Assembly (NCBI GenBank): GCA_002104945.1
Contig: MCFH01000021.1
Location: 434,001-498,000, forward strand
DNA from: Piromyces finnis finn
Lineage: Eukaryota > Fungi > Neocallimastigomycota
Direction: 5' to 3'
DNA length: 64,000 nt
This document shows positions 51,823-64,000 of the stretch, piece after piece. The notes beneath the pieces were generated by a model, which worked only from the letters and a program-made list of their open reading frames with translations, did not search any database and was not told the DNA's origin. Both the position numbers and the translations under genes were made by a program. Each line of letters starts with the position of its first letter. Positions within the stretch are counted from its first letter, which is position 1.

Positions 51823-52849
51823 TTAACATTCTGAAAGTTCTTTATCAATCAAACTAATATATAAAAGTAAGATAAATATATAAATATGTGGGTAAAGAAA
51901 TTAGTATATAAATCATTATTACTATATTATAATTAACAGTAATATTATTATTACCATATTTCATTTTGATAATATTGAATCTGAGATAAAATAAAGTATA
52001 GGAAAGATTTACTAATAGGATCTTGATTAAGTGAAGAAACTTCATAGGATACTAATTCATTTAATATTGAATTTTGATTTTGATTATTATTAAATTTTAG
52101 ATTAGGATCCTTTATATTTTCGTATCTATTATTTATATTATTGGTATATGCTTGTTCATTGGTGATATTTTTTTTTAAATTGGAAATACAAAATTCAGTA
52201 CTTTTTGTATTTTCTTTATTTATATCCACTTTAAGGGATATATTATTAATTGATAAAGAATACAATTCTTTTTTTTCATGAGTATTAGAAGTATTAATAC
52301 ACCTTATCTTGTTACAATTGATATTATTGATATTTTTATTTTCCATAATATCATTAATATTCATGTTTTTATCATGCATTATATTATTTAGAGTTATCAT
52401 TATGCTGGAACGTTCATCATTATTTATTATTTCATTACATTCATTATTTATTTGATCTTTTTTTACTTCTTTAAGATTATTATTATCATTGTTATCTAGT
52501 ATTTTCCAATTTTTTAAGTCAGGATTGGAAAAATTATTTGCTAAATTTTGGTTTGGTGAAGATATACTTATTTCTTGGATATCGATTTCTTGATTTCTAG
52601 TTTCCTTATCATTTCCACTTATATTACTGTGAATTATTGTGTTTTCATTACAATTTTTTATAATAATATCATTAGATATATTTATTAAGTCAGGATTAGA
52701 AAATTCATTTATTAAATTATGGTTTGATGAAGATATACTTATTTCTTGATCTTTAGTATCTTTATCATTGTTAATTATATTACTATGAGTTATTGTGTTT
52801 TCATTACTATTTTTTATAATAATATCATTAAATTTACTATTTTGTGATA

Positions 52850-52899
<50 letters not shown>

Positions 52900-54523
52900 G
52901 AAGTTTCAAGTAAAATCGAATTTTTTAAATTTGCTTTTCTTTTGATGTTATCAATTGTTTCATTTACACTTTCATTTTTGTTCTTATTATTATTGTTAAT
53001 ATTTATACTGTTTTCATTTGATGATAAAGAATAATCAATATTTTCTTCTTTATATATTTTATAATTATTTTCAAGCATTCTATTATTTTTTGTTGGAACA
53101 GAATAAGTTATACTTTTTTTATTTATATTTGACATAGGATTCATAATTTTTATTATATCATTTTCATCATTAAAATCAGAAAAAATAGATTTACTTACAA
53201 TACTGTTGCAATTATCATCATTATCATCATCATCATCATTATTATTTTTAAAATCATTTGAACATTTTGTATTAGACTTTTCTAGTAAAACATATTCATT
53301 AGTTTCATTTGACTTATTTGTACTTTTATTTTTACTTAATGATTCTTTATTATTTTTTTCATAGTATTCTGATTTATTGGGTATTTTATCTCTTTCTTTA
53401 AAATTTGTATTAATAGAATAATTATCTTTATTTAAAATCAATATACTATTACAAATATCACTATTTTTTAAAGACGAGGAATTGTTATTATTATTAATTT
53501 CATTATAAGTACTTTCCATTACATAATCTTTATATATATTATTACTTGTATCATGTGATGAATAATCATTAAACTCACTATAATTGCTTTTATTTTCAGG
53601 CTTATTTATCAATTTATTAATAGAAGATTCACTTTTTGCAACTGATTTATCCATTCTATTAATTGATGCTGATTTTTCATATTCAATTTCATGTTTAATA
53701 TTATTAGACGTTATTGAATTAGTTTTTTTTACGGGTATCTGTTTTATTGTATTATTAATATTTTTTTTGGTTAAGCTTTCTTTATCTATTAAATCGTCAG
53801 CAACCGATAAATTTATTGTATGACTCATTAGCGAATTATTTGAATATTTATATGATGAATTATCATTATTTTTATTTTCGTTAATATTATAATGTTGACT
53901 TAAATTAACATTATCTTCAGAACATTTGCTATTACATAATGATTTGTTTTCATCAGAGTTTTTATTAGTATTATCCATTTTAATTTGAGTATAATTTTCT
54001 TTAGAGCTTATACTTTTAACATTTTTTTCGTGATTATGTATTGATTTAAAATCAGAATTAGAATCTTTTATAGTTGAATGAACTTCATCCATTTTATTTA
54101 AATTTTCATTATTTAAGAAAATATCATTAATTGCTTTTAATATATTTTCGTCAAGACTTTCATTTATAGTAGATGTCACTTCTATTATATTATGGTTATC
54201 TTTTTTTAATAAAATATCATTATTTTCTCTACTTTTTTCATATTTATTTTCATTTTCCTTTATATTTATATTATTATTAGATTTTCCATGATTGATTGGA
54301 TTCTTATTTTCATTTGTATTTTCATTATCATCCTTTTTTGTAGTTTTCTCATTTAATAAATAGTAATTAAAAATATCATTAATGATAGTGTTTTCATCTA
54401 TAATAGTGTTATTAGTATTTTTCAAATTCAATTTATTTTTATTTGACTTATTAATTGGATTATTTTTTAATGAAGTTGATAGAATGCCATATTCGTTTTG
54501 ATTTTTTGATTGTGAGTTAAAAA

Positions 54524-54562
<39 letters not shown>

Positions 54563-57500
54563 CACTTTCTATATGAGTATTATAAGTATCTTGATATAAT
54601 CTATTTATACCCGTAGAATAATTATTAAATTGCCTTTCTTTATCTAAATCTTTAAGATATTTTTCATTTATTAATAAGAGATGATCTAAACTAGATACTA
54701 TTCTATCAATAGAGTTATCCTTATTTTTAGTTTGTTTTTTATTATTGCTTTTTTCTGATAATTTGGAAAAATTATTCTGGTTGGAAATTTCATCCATATT
54801 ATTTGTTAGAGATATTGATATAATATCAACATTGTTCATTAACTCATTTTCATTTTCATTTTCATTTTCATTTTCATTTTCATTTTCATTTTCATTTTCA
54901 TTTTCATTTTCATTTTCATTTTCATTTTCATTTTCATTTTCATTTTCATTTTCATTTTCATTTTCATTTTCATTTTCTACTGATATATCGCTTAAATTTG
55001 TAATAATTTCATTATTAATCGAATTAGTTTCATTATTATCAACTTCTTTTTTCATTTTTTCTTCAATAATATTAATATTGTAATTATTATTATTATTACT
55101 ATTACTATTATTAATAATATTTGTGTTACTAATTATGTCATTATTATAACTTTTTTTATTATTTTTATCGTTATTATTGTTATCATCATTGATACTACTT
55201 TTGTTTTCATTAATTATTTCTGTTTGATAGCATTTTGCTGAATTTAAGGAATTAATCAAATTTTCTTTTGAAAAAGACAATAAATTTAGATCTATTATAT
55301 CAGATATATTATTTGGTTTAGTTATATCATTTGATAAAGGATTGAGAGAAGAACCTGAACTAAATCCATAATTTTTCATAGATAAGTTCAGATTATTAAT
55401 AAATTCATTAGTATTATAATTAATTTCTAATTCTCTTTTTTTAGCTTTTAATTTATAATCAAATTCATCTAATAAATCTTCCTCTTTATTATATATTAAA
55501 TTATTACTGTTTTGTTTTTTTTCAATATTGTAAATAGCATTTTCTTTTACTTTGTTTAAATTAATATTGCATTTGTATTCTTCATCTATATCATATCTTT
55601 TTGTACAGTATATATATAAAAAATAAGAAATATGTTAGATCTAATTAAGTTTTATATTTAATTTATTTATATATTAATTACTTTTTTCTTAATCGAGATA
55701 AAGTTTCTTCAACATCTATTTGGTTGTTTTGTTCAAAATGATTTAAATTCATGTTTATCTTTGACATTATACTGATTTATGATATTATATAAAAATTTAG
55801 TATTTTTTTTTATTTTGCATATAAAAAACTATATATTTTCAATAACTTACCTGTTAATATAGCTTGTCTTTTATTTAATAATAAAATATTAATAATTAAT
55901 TAGTGATGTTGATTTTTTATTTTTATACATAATAATAAAATATAATCATTAATTATAGTGTGTATGTATGGTTGAATAATTACGCTATCAATGAAAGAAT
56001 CAGATTTTGAAAAAATTTGGGAGGATAATAAAGAATCATTATAATTTCTATACTTATTTAAATGATATTTATTTTTTATTCTTTTCATTTCGTCGTTTTC
56101 TGTATAATTTGGAAAATTTATTTCAGATATTTCAGATAAGGACATACAATCTTCGCTATTTTTTTTTTCTTTCTCTGTAATATCATTTTTTTGACTTTTA
56201 TTTAATCTCGCAAGAAGTGGTATAGACTTGTTTTTTAATTTTTTCATTGATATTGATAAATCAAAAGTTTCATTATTATTTCTATTTTTTATTACCTCAG
56301 ATAAGGAAGGGGAGGAATCATTTTGAGAATAATGTTTATGATTATTTTTATTATTCTTATTAGTTCGGATTTCTCTTTTTTTAGTAATTTCATTTAAATA
56401 GTAAAAGTAATCTTTTTTTGATTTATTATTATTCATATGTTTTTTTTTAGTTTTATTAACTCTGGATGGTGAATGTACACAGTAATCATTTTCAGTACTA
56501 TTACTATTACTATTATAAGAACTAATACTAGTTTGACTAGGAAATGGTGTTGTGCAATAATCATTATTTTTATGATATTTTTTATTTAGAGAACTACTTG
56601 ATTGAGATAAATTATTTGAGTTATTATCAGATAATTGATCTTTATTACCATTTCTTTTTTTATCTTTATTTTCATTATTTTTAATCTTTTCATTTGTTTC
56701 ATTATCAATCATATTTTCATTTTCACTCATGATATCATTGTCTGAAGAGAATTCTGAGGTATTATTGAAAAAATAAGATTCTGAGTTTGTGGATGAAATT
56801 ACATTAGATTCATTTTTAGATAGAATTACTGAAGAATTATCATTTATATTATTTATGTTATTATTATTTTCATTAATACTATCCATTTCAGTTGAGATAG
56901 ATTCTTTTGAAGATATTTGACTTTCTGTCAATGGAATTGAAACTGTTGAAGATGAAGGAATATATGAAGAATGTGAAATAGTTGAAGATGGCTTAACTGA
57001 AGGATAAATATCATTTAAATACATATCACTTTCATCATTATCAAAATTTATATTTTCTTCATTTTCTGTTTCATTATCATAAAATTCTTGTATTTCATTA
57101 TTGTCAATTTTGTTTCTACTTGAACTTGAACTAGAAGTTTTAGAATCTTGATATGAATAACTACTAGAGACTGGAATAAATGACTTATATTTTTTAGAAT
57201 CTATAAAAGAGATATTGATGTTATTATTTTATATATTTTTAGTAAATTGATATATATATATATTTATTAAATTTAAATATTTACCTTTTTTTTTTATAAA
57301 GGATTTCTCGTAATTATTACTATTAATGTTATTAATACTTTTTAATTTTTTTTGTGTTGGTTTCCCTAACGGACCGCTTAATAAATCATTAAATAATGAT
57401 TTTTTCTCCTTTTTATCATTATGTGTATACTTTTTTTTATTATTTTTAAAGTTATAATCCCAAATATCATTTTTTTCTTTTACTATTGAAACTTTATCAA

Positions 57501-57663
57501 AATTTAAGTGAATAATATCATTATTTGAAGAAGGTGATATACATAAATTTGTTTTCTTATTTAATATAATATATTAATTTTAATTAGTATTTTAATATTG
57601 TTCACTGTTCATTTATAATTTAAAAGTTACCTTCTCTTTTAATATTGGTATTTTACTTTTCAT
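51823..57663 (-). CDS. Large low-complexity (Asn/Ser/Glu/Lys-rich) hypothetical protein, multi-exon
   Basis: The GT-AG chain MKSKIPILKEK|KTNLCISP..|DSKKYKSF.. runs into the 374-aa ORF, then short exons at ~55870-55690, then a long exon containing the 1142-aa ORF. Probable terminal micro-exon KLSEC*. The 3' end is uncertain. Confidence 0.6.
52515..52830 (-). repeat. Tandem ~150-nt internal duplication within the coding exon
   Basis: NDIIIKNSNENTITHSNI..QEISISSSNHNLINEFSNPDL is repeated as NDIIIKNCNENTIIHSNI..QEISISSPNQNLANNFSNPDL. Confidence 0.85.
54846..54977. repeat. (TTTTCA)n hexamer repeat encoding (Glu-Asn)n
   Basis: Directly visible; ENENEN... in the ORF translation. Confidence 0.95.
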
Positions 57664-58078
57664 ATTGTTGTTTAATAGTTTTATAATTTATTATTATAAC
57701 TATTCAATTAAAACTATTTAATATTTTTTTATTTTTTCATTTTTAATAAAAATTATAAGAAGAAATAAAAAATAAAAAATAAAAAAATTACTAATTAAAA
57801 ATTTAATATAAAACCTTGTTTTTAATTAAAAAAAAAAAAAAAAAAAAAAATCAACTTTTAAACCATGTTTTTTTTTTGATATATATTTATTAATTTAATT
57901 TTTATTTTTATTCTTTGTTACACAATTGCCAAAAAATTATTTCTGTTAAAAAATATTATATAAAAATTCTATATCATAATAAAAAAAAAGGTATGTTTTT
58001 TTAATTTAAAAAAAAAAAAAAAAAACAGTTAAATTATATGAATTTTTAAATATTTGAAAATCAATTTTTATTGTAGAG

Positions 58079-61000
58079 TTATTTTTTTTTATTCCATTGA
58101 TTAATAACATTTTTAATTCTTTTGCTTTGATGAAGTTTATTTGATTCCATAATGCTTTTAGGATTGAAGAAAAATTGATCCAATTTAGCTTGTTTCTTGT
58201 CATTATTATTAGAAATTTTATTTTTCTCCATTTTTTTAATAATAGGAACTAAAATGTTATTTATTTTGTTATCATTCCACCTTAATTTTTGACTTAAAAA
58301 TCTATATTTTTATTTTATTTTAATAATAATTATTAAAATATTATTACAATTTATATTAATATTAATATATTATTTATTAATATTATTATATATATATAGA
58401 TTTACTTTTTTAAAGATGGCAAATCCGGCGTTCCCCACTGAAAAGCTTGATCTGATTCATCACATAATGGATTTAAGTAGGCGTTTTTAATTTGGGGATC
58501 AGGAAAACTATCAGGAATATCAACTTTTCTACATTGTTTATACTATTATATATATATATATATATTAAAGACGATATATAAGATAAATATACTAAATATT
58601 AAATTAATTGTCAATATATTTTTTTTATTAATAATTACAATTCTTTTTCTTATTTTGTTTTCATTAACATCCACTTCTCCTTGAAGAATGCGCTTTTCCC
58701 ACCATTGTTTAAATTCTACTAATCCATCATCTCCAGGCCATTCTTTGATAATTTCCATAGCATGAACGATACCAAAACCTTTTAATCCAACTGTATAATC
58801 ACTACCTAAAAGGTATGCCATGTTAATTAATTTTTCTCTATTTAAATTCATTTCTTTTTCTAATTCAGACATTTTATAACATTCAACATATTGGTGTTGA
58901 TTAAACATATTTTTATATACTTCAGAACCACCAAATAAAAATATATCACTATCGTCTGTAACAATACCGTTTACTAATTTTTTAGAGTAAAGTGTGGCAC
59001 ATTGAGCTTCAGCTTCCATAGGACTAACAATATAAGGAATACCAAAAAGTCTTAATAGTTCCTATTTCGAATTATATTATAGATTAATTAAAAGTTTTTA
59101 TTTTCGTATATATATAATGTAAAATAGTGATACTTACTTGACATTCATAAATCATGGTGGAAGTAATATCTTCTGATCCTTTTTGTTCTTTTAATTGCTC
59201 TATTTTTAAATTTGAAATTTCTTCTTCTAATTCATTTTGAATAGCCGACATATCTTTTTTAGAGATCTCTGATATCATACGAGCATATTCAATATTCTCA
59301 TCATTAATTTCAGTATTAACATCAATTAAAGAATCTTTATCATCATCATCATCATCATCATCATCATTTATAACTATAGCCTCATTGTCATTTTTTTCTA
59401 TATTTTCTGATTTTTTATTTTCAGTTTTTATTTCAAAACTATCTAAATAACCATGTGGTTTTTCATCTTTATCAAATGTATTTATTATATTTGAAGAAGT
59501 TGAAGGCTCATATATTAATTTCTGATTTTGTTGTAATTGTTTTAAGTCCTCATCAAAATCGTCACTGTCACTGTTAATATCTATTGATGAAGTAAATGGA
59601 TTTACTTCTGATAAACCTTTTGCTTTGAATTTATATTCTTGACTCTCAACTATAAAGTCATTATCATCATCTATTAAAAGATTATTATCATTATCATTAT
59701 TATCTTCTTCTTCAACTAAAACTTCCTTTCCTTTATATTTTTTCTCATCACGTTCAACCCCATTATTTACAAAAAGAGAAAAGTCTATTTTTAATTTTTC
59801 ATCATTTTCATTTTTTTTTATATTATTATTATTATTATTATTATCTTTTTTTATATCTTTATCATCCACTTGTATTATCGGTTTCTTATCAATAGTGTAT
59901 AAGTTTTGAGATGATGTATTTTTTAAATCTAGAGGCTCTTCTTTCATAACATTTTTTTTATTTTCTGATAATAATACAAATGAAGTTGTTTCATCATTTG
60001 ATTGATTTTCAGTTGATGGAATAATTTTTGAAGTTATTTCATTTTCTTTTTTTTCAAGGTTTTTTTCTTTAAATTCATCTATTGCCATATTAACGTCTTC
60101 GTTTTTAATAGAATTAATAGTTGTTTCAACAATTTCATTATCAATATTGTTACTAATGTCGTTATTATTGATTCTTGTTCTTTTAAAAATAGGACTTTTC
60201 AAAAAATTTACTTCATCAGTATCATCGCTATCTTCTTCTATATCAATGATTGTGGTGGGTGATGTTGTTGGTTTATTTATAATATGAGATTGCTGATTAT
60301 TATCATCATCTTTTATATCCTTTAAATCAATTTCATCATTGTTCAATTTCCTTTTTCTAGCTATTAAATTAGAATAATTCTCTTCTCTTTCATTTTCCTT
60401 CTTATTGCTTTCATTATATTTTTTTAATTTACTTAATTGATACTTAAAGTCGTAATTCGTTATCTGTTGATTTTGAGATAAAGAAAATTTTTCTTTATTT
60501 TCATTTTGGAGGGATTTCATGGAAAGTCTTATATCTTCATCATCATCAATAATATCAAAAGTATCGTCATAAAATGAATATTTATTAGATTTACCAGAAC
60601 TGTCAGGTATTTTTATTAATGTATCATTTTTTTTATTAATTTCATTAGTTTTGTCGTATTTATATGTTGGAATAGAAAAGTCAAGAGAAACTGGTTCATC
60701 TTTGTTATTATTATTCTTTTTAGATTTAGTATTTTCTTCATCTTCATCAGAATCAATAATGACAGAATCCCAAACGATTTTTGAACTCATATTTTGCTTT
60801 TGATTTAATTGACTATTTAAGGAAGAAAGAAAATTTGATGGATTGTTTGAAATAGTTTCGGCATCATCATCATCATCATCATCGCAAAAGAAAAAATCTG
60901 TTGGGAATTTTGATTTATTATTTTCATTATTATTATTATTATTAATATTATTAATATTATTATTATTAATATTTTCTTGACTAATGCTATTATTTATGAT

Positions 61001-64000
61001 GTCTTCATTTTTATTATTTCTATTTATATAAGTATCATTATCATCATCTATTGATATTAAAGAATTTAAATTAGTTATTTCTTTTTTATTTTCATTATCA
61101 AATAAATCCATCATTGAATTATCATCATCCTCAAAACATATTATTTTATTAATTTCAATTTTATCATTTTCCTTTTTAATTTCAATTTCTGATTTATCTT
61201 CTTGTTTATTTTCAGAAGGAAAGAGAAACTCATACATTTCTGAATGTTTTACGCTATTTTCTATTTTTTTATTATTATTACTATTATCATTATGGGCATC
61301 AGCATCATCAATATTGATATTGTTATTTATATTATCGTTGGTTTTGCTTTTTTCAATATTTTCATCGTCATCAATTACTATTGGTTCACCATTACCAATA
61401 GCTTTTATATAAGCTTCTTTTCTTTTTTTATTAGCATCCACAATAGATTGAATATCCTTGTTTCTAACAGCTATTTCTGTTTGTCCTAATTGATAATATT
61501 TATATTTTAGTGTGTATAAAAGAAATTTTTCATAAAAATATTCTGAACTTTCTTCCACAGGATGTCCTTCATTATCATCATCATTATCTTCATCAATTGT
61601 AGAAATGCTAGAGTCGGAATCAGGATCAGAATCAGAATCTTCTTTTTTTACTGGGTTTAACTTTTTATTAATTTTATTGAGATAAAGATCTTCCCATTCT
61701 TTTAAAATTTCATCAATAGGCTTTTCAGTTACAGTTTCATTAATTAAATTATAATAATCTGGGTGCTCAATTTTAAAATCAAAAGTAGCAGCATCAACCC
61801 AATACTCTATAAAATCTTCTTCAGATTTTTTCATAAGTGGATCTTTTGTGTCAATACTAATATCAAGTGGTGTAGTAAAATTATCATCATCGGTATATGA
61901 TTGGGAAATAAAATTATTTGTTAGATCTGGTAATTGTTCTTTAATTTTTTTATTAAATATTTTTTGTCTTTCAGGTGTAGTTAATATTTTATTGTTTTTG
62001 TCATCGTTATTCCTTTTTTCTTCGTTATTTTTTTCCTCTTCTTTTTCATCATTCATTGGAATAAAACTTCTATTCAGAGGAAATGTAAAATTACTTTCTA
62101 GTAAAGCTTCACTTCTATGATTTCTTAACGGATTTAATGAATTAGCAGAATCTTCTAGATTAGGAAAAGCTTTTAAATTTTCATTATCATCCCCAACTTT
62201 ATAAAATTTATCAAAAATATTTTCATCATCTTCTTCACTATCTGTATTATCACTTAAAAGGTCTACTGCTTTACTATTAGTAGTTCTTTTATATGTGGAA
62301 GATGATGTGTATTTTTGTTCATTCCCTAAACGGTTTTTATTTAATGTATCTTCAAAATTTTCAGATGTATTATTTAAAAGTTCCTCTAAATTGGTTTTTT
62401 TTCTATTTTCATCATCATCCTTCTATTATCATTTTTATAGGTAAAAATTTAATTTAAAAGAAATATATAAATTTAAATTAAAGTTATAAATAATAAAATA
62501 TTTTTATTTCTTTAATTTATTATTATATATTGTTATATATTAATTATCATTTACATTTTCCAGTTTAAGTGACCATCCATTATCATCATTTTTAATTAAA
62601 ATATATTCATTATTTCTTTCAGAAGCAATATTTTTTGACAAACCATTAAAAAGAGTTCCTTCACGATTAAATTGATGCAACGCCTCAGTTAATTTATTAC
62701 GATAAATAGCACCTTTAATTTGTAATCTCGAAAAATCTAATGCAGAGTATATTAATAGTAAATAATAAATCATAGAATGATAAATAGTTGAATTAAAGAC
62801 ATTTTATTATTACTTTTTTAATTATGATGATATTAAAAAAAATTGAAAGGATTACTAATTATTATGAATATTTCATAAAAAGGATATAGATGCGGCTTCT
62901 AACATATTCTCAATACGTTCATAGGATCCTTGACGACTTTTATTTTTCATTTCATATACAATTTTATGTTGTACTTCTACTGGAAGTGTCTGAAAAAATT
63001 TAGATTCCAATACTTCATTGATATCCATATCGTAGCGAATTAAATTACTTAATTCATCTTTACTTGCTAAACGGTAATCGTCCATGCTTTAAATAAATTA
63101 TTATTATTATTATTATTATAGGGAATATAAATAAAAATTAAAGATAATGTTATATGAGAATAAGATTATGAATTAAAATTTAAATATTAATATATACAAT
63201 ATTAAAAATAATTCAAATACTACTATTATAAAATATAAAATATTAACATATTTTCCGGTTTTGGGGGTAAAACATATTCATCTTTTTTTGTTCTATCTTC
63301 ATAATTTGAAAGTTTAACTGCTTTTATAATTTCATCATTGATTTCTTTCTGAGAAAAAGAAGCATTTGAAATTGTATTTCCATTTTCTAATAAATATAGT
63401 AATTTTTATATTAATTCAATATTAATATAAAAAAAAAAAAAAAAATAATAAAAATATAAAAATAAAACATTTATTTTTATAATTAATACTAATATTCACC
63501 ATCTTTATTTCCTGTAGTGCTATTTGCTTGAATAGCGTTTAGGGTATTTAAATGAATTTGAGCAGCCAAAATTTTTTTTGCTGTACGTTGTACACTTTCT
63601 TGTTTTTTTATTCTTCGTTTTCTTCTTGAAGACTTTTATTATATTCAATAAATATATTACAATATAGTAATATGTTAATAACAAGAAATTTAATAATTAT
63701 ATAGATAAATTATAAAATAATGACTTAATATAAATGAAAAAAAAAGAAGTAATCCATTTGGTATTTTTAAATATACATTAATAATTTATATCATTAATTT
63801 CAATATATAAAATATTATTAAAAACCATATTATTTATTTAATGGAAATAATTAAAACAACTTACAATAGTGTTGGCTTTCAAATCAGGAACACCACCATC
63901 AAATACAAACACTGGTTTTATGTTATGAAATAAAAATTTACAAATTCTTCGAAAAAAACCTAAAATATGTGCATTATTTAGAGTTTTCCCTTCTTTATCT
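58079..64000 (-). CDS. RAD2: XPG/Rad2 nucleotide-excision-repair endonuclease, 5' end outside the window
   Basis: N-domain NAHILGFFRRICKFLFHNIKPVFVFDGGVPDLK at ~63870-64000; UBM-like FQTLPVEVQHKIV; I-domain ELLRLFGIPYIVSPMEAEAQCA..TDDSDIFLFG..LLGSDYTVGLKGFG; C-terminus FQWGTPDL..QAKLDQFF..SKRIKNVI*. Confidence 0.93.

Noticed and set aside
58006-58203. 65-aa ORF MTRNKLNWINF... as a separate gene
   Set aside because: It is the wrong frame of the last RAD2 exon; the correct frame reads KQAKLDQFF...NKKK*.

Overview
Very AT-rich, intron-rich eukaryotic DNA with long microsatellite-filled intergenic tracts. Composition, gene structure and gene content fit an anaerobic gut fungus (Neocallimastigomycota), which is my inference and not a database result. 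All splice sites were read by eye. Recognisable genes: DNA polymerase delta catalytic subunit (POL3), proteasome ATPase RPT5, a double-bromodomain/ET protein (BDF1), an HP1/Swi6-like chromo/chromoshadow protein, a WDR89-like WD40 protein, gamma-tubulin complex component GCP2/SPC97, a PEX4-type E2, a Stealth-family phosphotransferase, centrin (CDC31), a SET-MYND (SMYD) protein and a 5'-truncated XPG/RAD2. Also present are an intronless bacterial-type PI-PLC that looks pseudogenised, a Cys-rich type I membrane protein and four orphan genes, two of them very large and low-complexity. The strongest novelty candidate is a ~300-nt, ~40% GC, base-pairing-rich non-coding island at ~24960-25256 that I cannot assign to a known RNA family. 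Other items of interest are a start codon split by an intron (A|TG) in the HP1 gene, a peroxin gene in a probable anaerobe, poly-A tracts directly before splice acceptors, and a foldback element downstream of BDF1. No tRNA, rRNA, CRISPR array or intact transposon was seen.
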